From the NCBI GenBank assembly GCA_964512295.1, contig CAZEGL010000004.1:30068-94067 (forward strand): a DNA stretch of 64,000 nt, written 5' to 3'. Positions 30,246-40,167 of the stretch are shown here, in pieces. The notes beneath the pieces are model-generated. The model searched no databases, was not told the origin of the DNA, and saw only the letters and a list, made by a program, of their open reading frames with translations. Every line of letters starts with the position of its first letter. Position 1 is the stretch's first letter. This stretch comes from an uncultured Muribaculaceae bacterium (lineage in GTDB: Bacteria > Bacteroidota > Bacteroidia > Bacteroidales > UBA932). The translations under genes and the position numbers were made by a program.

Positions 30246-31124
30246 ATGATTAGAGCTACAACCCTCTCTAACTTCTATAGTGCAGTTGCACAAATTCCAA
30301 AAGATAAAAAAATCTGTTTGGTACCCACAATGGGTGCACTCCATAAGGGGCACCTCTCACTTATAAAAAAGGGATTGGAGATAAGCCCATACACAATTGC
30401 TACAATTTTTGTAAACCCCACCCAATTCAACAGTGAGGCCGATTTAGAGAGCTACCCAAGAGAGCTCCAAAGCGATATTGCAAAGCTTGAGGAGGCGGGC
30501 TGCTACCTCTTGCTTGCCCCCTCTCAAGAGGAGATATATCCCAAAATGGGGGATAAAGAGAGAGCGGTAGAAAGTTCTCAAAAGAGTGAAATCTTCAATT
30601 TGGGAGGGTTGGATAGCTATGGAGAGGGCCCCTTTCGGCCAGGCCACTTTAAAGGTGTTGTAGAGGTGGTCTCTAAGCTGTTCGATATTGTAAAACCCCA
30701 CTACGCCCTATTTGGAGAGAAGGATTTTCAGCAACTTGCCATAATTAAAAGGGTTGTAGAGGTTGCAAAGTACAATATTGAGATAGTGGGGTGTCCCACC
30801 GTTAGGGAGGATGACGGTCTTGCTATGAGTTCCCGTAATGCACTATTGAGCAGCTTAGAGCGGGTGGCGGCTGCAAACATCTTTAAGAGTTTAAAGGGAG
30901 CAGCCCCCCTATTGGAGGGAGAGAGATACTCTCCGGCAGAGGTAGTAGAGAGAGTAACTAAAAAGATAGAGGAGAATCCCCTTCTTAAAGTGGAGTATGT
31001 AGAGCTGTTGGACTCCCACACACTACAACCGGTTAAGCAGTGGGAGAGATTACAACAGGTACAGCTCTGCACAGCCGTCTATTGCGGAGATATACGCCTA
31101 ATTGACAATATTAAACTAAGATAA
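30246..31124 (+). CDS. panC: Pantoate--beta-alanine ligase
   Basis: PTMGALHKGH, FVNPTQF, RPGHF, FGEKDFQQ, GLAMSSRN, RLIDN. Confidence 0.97.
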   Translation: MIRATTLSNFYSAVAQIPKDKKICLVPTMGALHKGHLSLIKKGLEISPYTIATIFVNPTQFNSEADLESYPRELQSDIAKLEEAGCYLLLAPSQEEIYPKMGDKERAVESSQKSEIFNLGGLDSYGEGPFRPGHFKGVVEVVSKLFDIVKPHYALFGEKDFQQLAIIKRVVEVAKYNIEIVGCPTVREDDGLAMSSRNALLSSLERVAAANIFKSLKGAAPLLEGERYSPAEVVERVTKKIEENPLLKVEYVELLDSHTLQPVKQWERLQQVQLCTAVYCGDIRLIDNIKLR

Positions 31125-31474
31125 TGTTACTTGAGATTTTAAAATCCAAAATTCACAGGGTAAAGGTTACTGAAGCCAATCTCAACTATATTGGAAGTAT
31201 AACTATAGATCGGGAGCTGATGGATGCTGCAGGACTCTTTAAAAACGAGAAGGTTTCTGTAGTAAATATTGGTAACGGTGAGCGGGTTGAAACTTATGTA
31301 ATAGAGGGAGAGCGGGGGAGCGGTAAGATTGGAATAAATGGTGCTGCAGCACACAAATTTTCGCCGGGCGATTTGATTATTATAATGGCCTACTGCGCTA
31401 TTACTCCCGAAGAGGCAGAAGGATTTGCTCCAAAGATAATCTTCCCCGACTCAAATAGCAATCGATTGGTCTAA
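31124..31474 (+). CDS. panD: Aspartate 1-decarboxylase
   Basis: KSKIHR, Y.GSITID, INGAAA. Confidence 0.97.
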   Translation: MLLEILKSKIHRVKVTEANLNYIGSITIDRELMDAAGLFKNEKVSVVNIGNGERVETYVIEGERGSGKIGINGAAAHKFSPGDLIIIMAYCAITPEEAEGFAPKIIFPDSNSNRLV

Positions 31475-32490
31475 TGGTTAGTAATAGAGTAGTATCGCTT
31501 CTCAAATATTTACTATTGCTGGGGTTGGCAATATTTCTCTTATGGCTCTCCTTTAGAGGAGTAAGCTGGCACGAGGTTGTAGAGGGGTTAAAAAAGACCA
31601 AATTTGAGTGGGTTCTGCTCTCTATGGCTGTTGGTACAGCCTCTTTTCTCTTTAGGGCACTACGGTGGAGATTGATAATGGTTCCATTGAACAAAGGGGT
31701 TACACGAAGCGATGCCTGGCATGGTGTAACGGTGGGCTATCTTACCAATTTTGCAATACCCCGGGCGGGAGAGTTGGCCCGCTGTGGGGTGGTAGCCAAA
31801 AGGAGAAAAATACCATTCGATAAACTATTTGGAACTGTAATTTTGGAGCGCAGTATAGATTTGCTCTCACTGCTGCTTGTAACAGTTACGGTGATCACTT
31901 TGCGGTTCGAAAAATTTGGAAATTTTATTCAGAAAGAGATAATAGGGGGGATAGAGGAGCGCTTTTCGCTCAATTTTTGGCTACTCTTCTCTATTGTGAT
32001 TTTGCTCCTTTTTTTAGTACTCTTCCTACTCTTTCGCTATAGGAAAAGGAGTGCAATTTTCAATAAAATTGTTGCATTCCTAAAGGGAATCTATAGCGGT
32101 CTTATAGCGGGATTTAAAATGGAGAGAAGAGGACTCTTTTTGCTCTATACCGCACTAATATGGTTTAGCTATTGGCTTATGAGCTACACAACCATACTCG
32201 CTTTCTCTTCGGTAGCCACTTTAGACCCGGCTGTAGCTACCTTGGATTGGGCAGATGCGCTATTTCTTTCGGTGGTGGGGGGATTGGGTTGGCTTGTTCC
32301 GGTTCAAGGGGGAATTGGGGCATACCACTTCATTATCACTTTAGCACTCTCCTCTATTTACGCTATCGATACCGGTTTGGGTGCTCTCTTTGCCACCATC
32401 TCCCACGAATCGCAGGCAATAACAATGATTCTCTTTGGAGCACTCTCACTCTTTTTCATAAATCGAAAAAATGTTAAATCCTCTTTATAA
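31474..32490 (+). CDS. Lysylphosphatidylglycerol synthase TM/UPF0104 membrane protein
   Basis: RALRW, NFAIPRAGE, ERSID, PVQGGIGAYH. Confidence 0.85.
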   Translation: MVSNRVVSLLKYLLLLGLAIFLLWLSFRGVSWHEVVEGLKKTKFEWVLLSMAVGTASFLFRALRWRLIMVPLNKGVTRSDAWHGVTVGYLTNFAIPRAGELARCGVVAKRRKIPFDKLFGTVILERSIDLLSLLLVTVTVITLRFEKFGNFIQKEIIGGIEERFSLNFWLLFSIVILLLFLVLFLLFRYRKRSAIFNKIVAFLKGIYSGLIAGFKMERRGLFLLYTALIWFSYWLMSYTTILAFSSVATLDPAVATLDWADALFLSVVGGLGWLVPVQGGIGAYHFIITLALSSIYAIDTGLGALFATISHESQAITMILFGALSLFFINRKNVKSSL

Positions 32491-34522
32491 TGGATTAGAT
32501 ATGAAGCAGATTCTATATAAAAGAGAGAAGACCCTTTTAACAATAGTTACCCTACTACTCTCTATTCTCCTCTCTACAATTGAGCTAAGGGGGAGTGAAC
32601 AAACAGTATATAAAAATAGTGTTGCAGAGGGAGACTCCTCAATTGTACATGACCCCTATTGGGGCACCAATATTAATCAAAATGTAGGTATAGTACTTGT
32701 TATATCATCTTTCAATCCCGAAACAAAATCTACTGCCTCTTTTATAGAGAGGCTCTCCCAAAATTTAGAAGATGAGGCCCCCGGACTCTATCGAATTTTA
32801 GTGGAAGATCTTGCTGCCCGTAACTTTTCGGAAGATGGGTGGATTTGGAAATGGCGTGTTCAAAAACTCTTACAAAAATATAAAAATCGCAATTTAAGAG
32901 CTATTATAACTGTTGGACAGGAGGCATGGGCTGCACTAATTGCCCAAGAGAGGCTTCCAAAAAAGGTTCCAATCTTTGGATCACATATCTCCTTAAATGG
33001 AATAGAGCTTCCAACAGCTCCCATAACAGACAATTGGGAGCCAAAGTGGATAAGTGCAACACAAAGGGGGCGCAATCTTGCCAACGACTGGGCCGGAGGG
33101 CTTGCTTTCAACCCTCTTCCCAACAAAACCATACGATTAATAGAGTCGCTCTTTCCAAATACAACCGATATTGCCTTTACCGTAGACAACACCTACGGAG
33201 GACAATCGATGAAAGCATTTATTAGAGAGCATCTGCCACTCGCTTTTACAAGTTTAAATCTACACTTTTTAGATGCCTCCAAATATTATCTCTACCAGCT
33301 ACAAGATAGCGTCTTAAATCTTCCCCCTACCTCTGCAATAGTGATAGCCACTTGGAAGGTAAATAGAGATGGGCTCTACTTCTCTTCGGGCTCATTAGAG
33401 TCGCTGCTAAAGCAAAGAAAGGATCTCCCTGTCTTTACACTTAGTGGTAAAGGGATAGAGGATATAGCTATCGGAGGATATTTTCCAAGCTACAGTTTCG
33501 ACCCAAAAAACATTATCTCTCAATTTTTAAACTTTGAGCGAGGTTCAAGGGAGAGGCTTCGATTTATTGTCTCTTCATCCCACTACTCATTTAACAACAA
33601 GCTGTTAACAGAGTATAAACTCTCTCAGAATCAGCTGCCCCTCCATAGCGAAATTATAAATATAGACGATAGCCGGCTTAAAACTTACCGCTCCTATACG
33701 GCAGCATTAATCCTTATAACTCTATTGTTGGCTATACTATTGATAGTTCTTATATATCTATTTAGAGATCAGGGAAAATTGAAGAGGGAGTTGGAGAAAA
33801 ATGCAGAAGAGCTGATAGAGGCAAAAGAGAGGGCAGAAGAGAGCAACCGGCTAAAGAGCGCTTTTATAGCCAATATCTCCCATGAGATTCGAACCCCACT
33901 AAATTCAATTATCGGCTTTTCAAATATTCTTTCCGATTCTGCACTTTCGCCACAGGAGAGAGACGATGCCCAGAAGATTGTTACTCACAATTCAGAACTC
34001 CTGTTAACTCAAATTTCCGACCTCTTGGATATTTCACAAATTGAGAGTGGCAACCTTACCCTCAATTATAGCCATGTTAATATAAATCTCTTATGTAAGA
34101 CGCTCATTTATAACTTTGAAAAGCTAAACAAAAGAGCGGTCGACTACAAATTGATATCCAACCATAGCGATCTTCTTCTAAAGAGCGATCCAAAGAGATT
34201 GGAACAGATTATCTCAATCCTACTAAACAATGCCACTAAATTTACAGAGGAGGGGGAGATAGTATTGGAGTATCAACTCGCTCAAGCTTCTGAAGAGGGT
34301 GGAGGAACTGTTACCTTTTCGGTAGCCGACACGGGGTGCGGGATTCCAAGAGAGAAGCAACACCAACTATTTCAGATTTTCACTAAACTTAACAATTTCG
34401 AACAAGGAACCGGACTTGGTTTAAGTATTGCAAAGCAGCTGATTACCAGATTAGGAGGCACTATATGGATAGACTCTTACTATACAAAAGGTGCAAAATT
34501 TATCTTTACACACCCTTTATAA
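32471..34522 (+). CDS. Membrane sensor histidine kinase, no adjacent response regulator (start likely 32501)
   Basis: Periplasmic domain and TM; FIANISHEIRTPLN (H box), NNATKFT, DTGCGI, GTGLGL. Confidence 0.9.
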   Translation: MLNPLYNGLDMKQILYKREKTLLTIVTLLLSILLSTIELRGSEQTVYKNSVAEGDSSIVHDPYWGTNINQNVGIVLVISSFNPETKSTASFIERLSQNLEDEAPGLYRILVEDLAARNFSEDGWIWKWRVQKLLQKYKNRNLRAIITVGQEAWAALIAQERLPKKVPIFGSHISLNGIELPTAPITDNWEPKWISATQRGRNLANDWAGGLAFNPLPNKTIRLIESLFPNTTDIAFTVDNTYGGQSMKAFIREHLPLAFTSLNLHFLDASKYYLYQLQDSVLNLPPTSAIVIATWKVNRDGLYFSSGSLESLLKQRKDLPVFTLSGKGIEDIAIGGYFPSYSFDPKNIISQFLNFERGSRERLRFIVSSSHYSFNNKLLTEYKLSQNQLPLHSEIINIDDSRLKTYRSYTAALILITLLLAILLIVLIYLFRDQGKLKRELEKNAEELIEAKERAEESNRLKSAFIANISHEIRTPLNSIIGFSNILSDSALSPQERDDAQKIVTHNSELLLTQISDLLDISQIESGNLTLNYSHVNINLLCKTLIYNFEKLNKRAVDYKLISNHSDLLLKSDPKRLEQIISILLNNATKFTEEGEIVLEYQLAQASEEGGGTVTFSVADTGCGIPREKQHQLFQIFTKLNNFEQGTGLGLSIAKQLITRLGGTIWIDSYYTKGAKFIFTHPL

Positions 34523-34550
34523 GAAAAATTGTTATATATTCGCACCGATA

Positions 34551-34622
34551 ATGAGAAAAACAACTAACATACTATCTATTGCTCTATTGGCTCTACTAGT
34601 TCTGCTGGGCTTTTATAGGTAG
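34551..34622 (+). CDS. leu operon leader peptide MRKTTNILSIALLALLVLLGFYR
   Basis: 7 Leu codons (4 CTA); TATATTCG -7-like element at 34535-34542; followed by a terminator. Confidence 0.8.
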   Translation: MRKTTNILSIALLALLVLLGFYR

Positions 34623-34654
34623 TTTGTGTATAGTATAAAAATGTAAGTATAGAC

Positions 34655-34688
34655 AGGCTGCCTAAAAGAGGGTAGCCTTTTTTATTTT
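34655..34688 (+). terminator. Attenuator terminator upstream of leuA
   Basis: aggctgcc-taaaagag-ggtagcct followed by a T-rich tract. Confidence 0.8.
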
Positions 34689-34719
34689 AACCCTTTTAGA
34701 AAATTTTAACATTTAAGTA

Positions 34720-36213
34720 ATGGATAAACTTTTTGTTTTTGACACAACACTTCGCGACGGGGAGCAGGTTCCCGGCTGCCAACTCAATACTGTAGAGAAG
34801 ATAGAGTTGGCAAAAGCTTTAGAGGCTATGAAGGTAGATATAATTGAGTGTGGCTTCCCTATCTCAAGCCCTGGCGATTTCAACTCTATAGTTGAGATCT
34901 CTAAAGTGGTTACAGAGTCTACAATTTGTGCTCTCACCCGTGCTGTAGAGAAAGATATAAAGGTAGCTGCCGATTCGCTCCACTTTGCAAAGCGGAAGAG
35001 GATTCACACCGGGATAGGTACTTCGGACTACCACATACTCCACAAATTTAAATCAAATAGAGAAGAGACACTACAGAGGGCAGTAGCTGCAGTAAAGTAT
35101 GCAAGGCGCTTTGTAGATGATGTTGAATTTTATGCCGAAGATGCAGGGAGGTCGGAGAATCAATATTTAGCCCAAGTTATTGAAGCGGTCATTAAGGCCG
35201 GGGCTACGGTAGTCAATATCCCCGACACCACAGGCTACTGCACCCCCCAAGAGTATGGCCAAAAGATAGCATATCTAAAAAACAATGTACCAAATATAGA
35301 TAAGGCTATAATCTCTACCCACTGCCACAACGATTTAGGAATGGCTACCGCCAACACCCTTGCTGGAGTGATGAATGGAGCAAGACAGGTTGAGGTAACA
35401 ATAAATGGAGTTGGCGAAAGGGCGGGCAACACAGCTTTAGAAGAGGTTGTAATGGCAATAAAGAGTAGAAAAGATTTCCCTGTCTATACCGATATAGTTA
35501 CACCCCTCATTGCCAAAACATCAAGATTGGTCTCTACCCTAATGCGTATGCCGGTGCAACCCAACAAAGCTATTGTGGGGAGAAATGCATTTGCCCACTC
35601 TTCGGGGATACACCAAGATGGAGTGCTCAAAAATCGCGAAAGCTATGAGATTATCGACCCTGCCGATGTGGGTATCAGTGAGAGTGTTATAGCTTTAACG
35701 GCAAGAAGTGGAAGAGCCGCTCTCAACCATCACTTTAAGAGGTTGGAGATTGAGTTGCAACCCCAAGAGTTGGATGAAGCTTACGACAAGTTTTTAAAGT
35801 TGGCCGATGCCAAAAAAGATATAAACGACAGCGATTTGCAGGCAATTGCCGGAGTGACCCTCTCTAAACAGAACCAAAAATTGAGACTAAAATTTTTACA
35901 GGTTGTGTGCGGCAAAGGGTCGGTTCCAATGGCTACTGTAAAGTTGGTTATAGATGGAGAGATTTACACCTCTACCTCACAAGGCAATGGTCCTATAGAT
36001 GCAGCCTTCTCTGCAGTAAAGAGGTTAATAAATCGTAAAATAACCTTAGAAGAGTTTTTGGTTCAAGCTATAACCCGTGGTATAGACGATGTTGGGAAAG
36101 TACATATTCAGGTAGAGAATAGAGGGAAAATATACTACGGCTTTAGTGCCAATACCGATATTATTACAGCAGCTGTAGAGGCCTATATAAATGCAATTTC
36201 TAAATTTATCTAA
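34720..36213 (+). CDS. leuA: 2-isopropylmalate synthase
   Basis: [38 protein letters not shown]. Confidence 0.96.
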   Translation: MDKLFVFDTTLRDGEQVPGCQLNTVEKIELAKALEAMKVDIIECGFPISSPGDFNSIVEISKVVTESTICALTRAVEKDIKVAADSLHFAKRKRIHTGIGTSDYHILHKFKSNREETLQRAVAAVKYARRFVDDVEFYAEDAGRSENQYLAQVIEAVIKAGATVVNIPDTTGYCTPQEYGQKIAYLKNNVPNIDKAIISTHCHNDLGMATANTLAGVMNGARQVEVTINGVGERAGNTALEEVVMAIKSRKDFPVYTDIVTPLIAKTSRLVSTLMRMPVQPNKAIVGRNAFAHSSGIHQDGVLKNRESYEIIDPADVGISESVIALTARSGRAALNHHFKRLEIELQPQELDEAYDKFLKLADAKKDINDSDLQAIAGVTLSKQNQKLRLKFLQVVCGKGSVPMATVKLVIDGEIYTSTSQGNGPIDAAFSAVKRLINRKITLEEFLVQAITRGIDDVGKVHIQVENRGKIYYGFSANTDIITAAVEAYINAISKFI

Positions 36214-36219
36214 CTACCT

Positions 36220-37593
36220 ATGGCTAAAACTATTTTTGATAAAATTTGGGAACAACACATAGTCAAGGAGATTGAAGAGGGGACATATATAATCTATATA
36301 GATAGACACTTCATACACGAAGTAACCAGCCCACAAGCCTTCACCTCGCTTGCTGCCCGCCAAAGGGGAGTTTTTCGCCCTGGGCAAAGCTTTGCCACCT
36401 GCGACCACAATGTTCCAACACTCAATCAAGAGAGGGAGATTGCCGACCCCCTTTCACGCAAAGCGGTAGAGGCTCTTGCCAAAAACACAGCAGAGCATGG
36501 AATTGCCTACTTCCCCTTGGGCGATCCCCGCAACGGCATAGTGCATGTTATAGGGCCTGAGCAGGGTATTACCCAATGTGGAATGACAATTGTTTGTGGC
36601 GACAGCCACACCTCTACCCATGGAGCCTTTGGAAATATAGCCTTTGGAATTGGCACCAGCGAAGTTGAGATGGTGTTGGCCTCTCAATCGATTATTCAGC
36701 AGAAGCCAAAACAGATGTTGATTGTTGTAGATGGAGAGCTTCAAAAAGGGGTCACCTCCAAAGATATTATACTACATATCATCTCTAAATTGGGTACCGC
36801 TGCAGGGACAGGCCACTTCTTAGAGTTTGCAGGAACTACAATTGAATCGCTCTCTATGGAGGAGCGGATGACCATCTGCAATATGAGTATTGAACTGGGT
36901 GCACGAGGTGGATTGATAGCTCCCGACACCACCACCTTCAACTATCTAAAGGGACGCCCCTACTCACCAAAAGGAGAGGAGTGGAAGAGGAGTGTTGCAG
37001 AGTGGCAAAAGCTCAAGAGCGATAGCGGCGCCCACTACCATGCCACTCATAAATTTGAAGCTTCTGCCATAGAGCCTATGGTTACCTATGGAACCAACCC
37101 GGGTATGGGTATCGCTATAGGAGAGAGTATCCCACATAGAGTAGGAGAGGAGGGAGCGTTACAATATATGGCCCTTAAAGCGGGCGAGAAGATGGAGGGG
37201 ATGAAGATAGATTATATCTTTTTAGGGAGCTGCACCAATGGCAGGATAGAAGATTTTAGACTTTTTACCTCACTTGTAAAGGGGCACAAAAAAGCTCCCT
37301 GGGTTACAGCCTGGTTGGTTCCCGGCTCCAAAATGGTAGAGTTGGCTATAAAAGAGGAGGGTCTTGAAGAGATTTTAAATGAGGCGGGGTTTGAACTTCG
37401 GCAGCCCGGCTGTTCTGCCTGTCTTGGTATGAACGAAGATAAGATACCGGCCAAAAAATATGCCCTCTCTACCTCCAACCGTAATTTTGAAGGGCGACAG
37501 GGCCCCGGTGCCAGAACAATTTTAGCTGGTCCTTTGGTTGCTGCTGCTGCAGCAATAACCGGCAGAATAAGTGACCCTAGAGATTTTATCTAA
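36220..37593 (+). CDS. leuC: 3-isopropylmalate dehydratase large subunit
   Basis: [41 protein letters not shown]. Confidence 0.97.
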   Translation: MAKTIFDKIWEQHIVKEIEEGTYIIYIDRHFIHEVTSPQAFTSLAARQRGVFRPGQSFATCDHNVPTLNQEREIADPLSRKAVEALAKNTAEHGIAYFPLGDPRNGIVHVIGPEQGITQCGMTIVCGDSHTSTHGAFGNIAFGIGTSEVEMVLASQSIIQQKPKQMLIVVDGELQKGVTSKDIILHIISKLGTAAGTGHFLEFAGTTIESLSMEERMTICNMSIELGARGGLIAPDTTTFNYLKGRPYSPKGEEWKRSVAEWQKLKSDSGAHYHATHKFEASAIEPMVTYGTNPGMGIAIGESIPHRVGEEGALQYMALKAGEKMEGMKIDYIFLGSCTNGRIEDFRLFTSLVKGHKKAPWVTAWLVPGSKMVELAIKEEGLEEILNEAGFELRQPGCSACLGMNEDKIPAKKYALSTSNRNFEGRQGPGARTILAGPLVAAAAAITGRISDPRDFI

Positions 37594-37604
37594 CTATAAA
37601 AGCT

Positions 37605-38210
37605 ATGAAAAGAGAGAAATTGAGAATAATAGAGTCACCCGCACTACTTATTGAGAGGGAGAATATAGATACCGATCAAATTATACCTGCCCGCTTCCTT
37701 AAAAGCACCAATAGAAGCGGATTTGGAGAGAATCTCTTCTACGATCTCCGTTTTGGCCCCTCTGGCCAAAAGATTGAAGAGTTCCCTTTAAACAGTTTTA
37801 AAGAGAAGAGTTCAATCTTGGTTGCAGGCCACAATTTTGGATGTGGATCGAGTAGGGAACACGCCGCTTGGGCCCTTATGCAGTATGGCTTTAAGGCAGT
37901 AGTCTCTAGCTTCTTTGCCGACATCTTTAAAAGTAATGCCTTAAACAATGGGCTCCTCCCTGTAGAGGTGAGCAGCCAATTTTTAGAATCACTCTTCCAA
38001 TATGCAAAAAGAGAAAATAGCACTATAAACTTAACTATCGATATTATGAAAAAAGAGATCACCCTCAACAACACCCGCCATAGTGAAAACTTTGGCTTGA
38101 GCAGCTACAACCAAGATTGCCTCTTAAATGGGTACGACAACATAGACTATCTTATCTCAAGTATAGATGAGATAGAGAGATATGAACAGTTTAGAGCATC
38201 GGCCTACTAA
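37605..38210 (+). CDS. leuD: 3-isopropylmalate dehydratase small subunit
   Basis: NIDTDQIIPA, NFGCGSSREHA. Confidence 0.97.
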   Translation: MKREKLRIIESPALLIERENIDTDQIIPARFLKSTNRSGFGENLFYDLRFGPSGQKIEEFPLNSFKEKSSILVAGHNFGCGSSREHAAWALMQYGFKAVVSSFFADIFKSNALNNGLLPVEVSSQFLESLFQYAKRENSTINLTIDIMKKEITLNNTRHSENFGLSSYNQDCLLNGYDNIDYLISSIDEIERYEQFRASAY

Positions 38211-38214
38211 AGCT

Positions 38215-39306
38215 ATGGAGAGAAAGATTGCACTACTGCCGGGCGATGGGATAGGCCCAGAGATTATTGCCGAAGCGGTAAAGAGCCTTAAAGCGGTTGA
38301 AGAGAGATTTGGCCACAAATTTAACTTTGAATATGGGAAAATTGGGGCGTGTGCCATTGAGGAGTTTGGCAACCCTTACCCCCACTCTACCCACAAGTTA
38401 TGCAGCGAAAGCGATGCGATACTATTTGGCGCTATAGGCTCTCCGCTCTACGATAACAACCCCCACGCCAAAGTGCGCCCCGAAGAGGGTCTTTTAGCTA
38501 TGAGAGAGCAGCTGGGGCTCTTTACCAATATTCGCCCTATAGAAATTTTCGACTCCCTTATAGAGCGCTCTCCACTTAAAAGAGAGTATGTAGAGGGGTT
38601 GGATATTGTAATTGTTAGGGAACTCACCGGAGGGCTCTACTTTGGAAAGCCACGAGGTAGAGAGGAGGGGGGAACTACAGCAGTAGATACCTGCCGCTAC
38701 ACCACTGTAGAGATTGAAAGGGTTGCTCGAGAGGCATTTAAATTGGCTCTTGAGAGAAATAGAAAAGTGGCAAGAGAGCCCAAGGTTACCTTAGTAGATA
38801 AAGCCAATGTATTGGAGAGTTCCCGCCTATGGCGCGAAGTGGTTACCAAAATTCACAAAGAGGAGTTCCCCTCTGTAGAGTTAGAGATGCTTTTTGTAGA
38901 CAACGCCTCTATGCAGCTGATTACTGCCCCCACAAAGTTTGATATAATATTAACCGAAAATATGTTTGGCGACATCCTAAGCGACGAAGCTTCTGTTCTC
39001 ACCGGTTCAATTGGGCTTATCCCATCGGCCTCATACGGCAGTAGAGTAAAACTTTATGAACCTATACACGGCTCATATCCGCAGGCGGCAGGCAAGGGGA
39101 TTGCCAACCCCATAGCTACCATATTGTCTGGGGCTATGATGTTGGAGAGCTCATTCTCTCTCTTTAAAGAGGGGGAGCTCATTAGAGAGGGGGTAAAAAA
39201 AGCGATCGAGCGCAACATTGTTACGCCCGATCTCTCATCTAAAAGTGAAAGCTACTCTACCGGTCAAGTGGGAGAGTTTATAGCAAATTATCTCTTATCG
39301 GCGTGA
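38215..39306 (+). CDS. leuB: 3-isopropylmalate dehydrogenase
   Basis: LPGDGIGPEI, RELTGGLYFG, NMFGDILSD, EPIHGS; ATG 38215 preferred over 38182. Confidence 0.97.
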   Translation: MERKIALLPGDGIGPEIIAEAVKSLKAVEERFGHKFNFEYGKIGACAIEEFGNPYPHSTHKLCSESDAILFGAIGSPLYDNNPHAKVRPEEGLLAMREQLGLFTNIRPIEIFDSLIERSPLKREYVEGLDIVIVRELTGGLYFGKPRGREEGGTTAVDTCRYTTVEIERVAREAFKLALERNRKVAREPKVTLVDKANVLESSRLWREVVTKIHKEEFPSVELEMLFVDNASMQLITAPTKFDIILTENMFGDILSDEASVLTGSIGLIPSASYGSRVKLYEPIHGSYPQAAGKGIANPIATILSGAMMLESSFSLFKEGELIREGVKKAIERNIVTPDLSSKSESYSTGQVGEFIANYLLSA

Positions 39307-40100
39307 GTTTCGGCGTGGTATTTTTTTGCTTCACCAATTAGGTGTTTAAAAATTCCAATAAAGGTATTCACTCCGTGGGCTGTAAATCCTTCGGGGTGAA
39401 ACTGCACACCATATACGCGGTTACTTCCAATCTTCTCTATAGCCTCAACCACTCCATCTGCAGCAAAAGCGGTAGCTTTAAATCCGGGCGCCACATCTTT
39501 TACCGCCTGGTGGTGATAGGAGTTTGGAATGGCAACATTGGCTTCCAACTGTTGAGCCAATAGCGAACCCTCTTCAATTGTAATTGTGTGTGTGCCGTGG
39601 TAACGGGGAGCTTTTTGCCTATGCATCACCTTCTGCTTACTATCTTTAACTTGGGAGGGTATATCTTGATAGAGAGTACCACCAAACGCTACATTTAGTA
39701 GCTGATGGCCCCTACAAATCCCAAGGAGAGGCATATTTCGCTCTACTGCCATCCTAATTAGCAACATATCAAATTCGTCGCGTTCAGGAGCCACTTTACC
39801 CATCTGAGGAAGGGGCTCTTCGTCGTACCATTTTAGAGGATCCAAATCTTCTCCTCCGGTCATTATAACACCATCTACCCTCTCTAACATCTCTGCAAGG
39901 AGATTTTTGTCGTGAGTAAGAGGAATAACCATTGGCACACCACCCGCTCTTATAACCGACTCTACATAGGTAATTGGAACAGATGTGGCTGTCCCTTCAC
40001 CCCAAGTAGAGGAGATACCAATAACCGGTCTGTTTTCGGTTTGGGCAACGAGTGTAATGGAGAGAAAGAGAGCAAAAATAGGAAATAATAATTTTCTCAT
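39288..40100 (-). CDS. Exported gamma-glutamyl hydrolase (peptidase C26/PuuD-like)
   Basis: Signal peptide; TGGED, LGICRGHQ, NSYHHQA, GVQFHPE. Confidence 0.88.
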   Translation of the reverse strand: MRKLLFPIFALFLSITLVAQTENRPVIGISSTWGEGTATSVPITYVESVIRAGGVPMVIPLTHDKNLLAEMLERVDGVIMTGGEDLDPLKWYDEEPLPQMGKVAPERDEFDMLLIRMAVERNMPLLGICRGHQLLNVAFGGTLYQDIPSQVKDSKQKVMHRQKAPRYHGTHTITIEEGSLLAQQLEANVAIPNSYHHQAVKDVAPGFKATAFAADGVVEAIEKIGSNRVYGVQFHPEGFTAHGVNTFIGIFKHLIGEAKKYHAETHADKR

Positions 40101-40167
40101 AATAGATTCTATTTACAATTTCTTCAATTCTCGACAAATATAGAAAAAAGAGGGGGAAAGAGAGCAA

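Noticed and set aside
32212-32247. VATLDPAVATLD 21-nt duplication in the UPF0104 gene
   Set aside because: Small in-frame loop duplication with no evident function.
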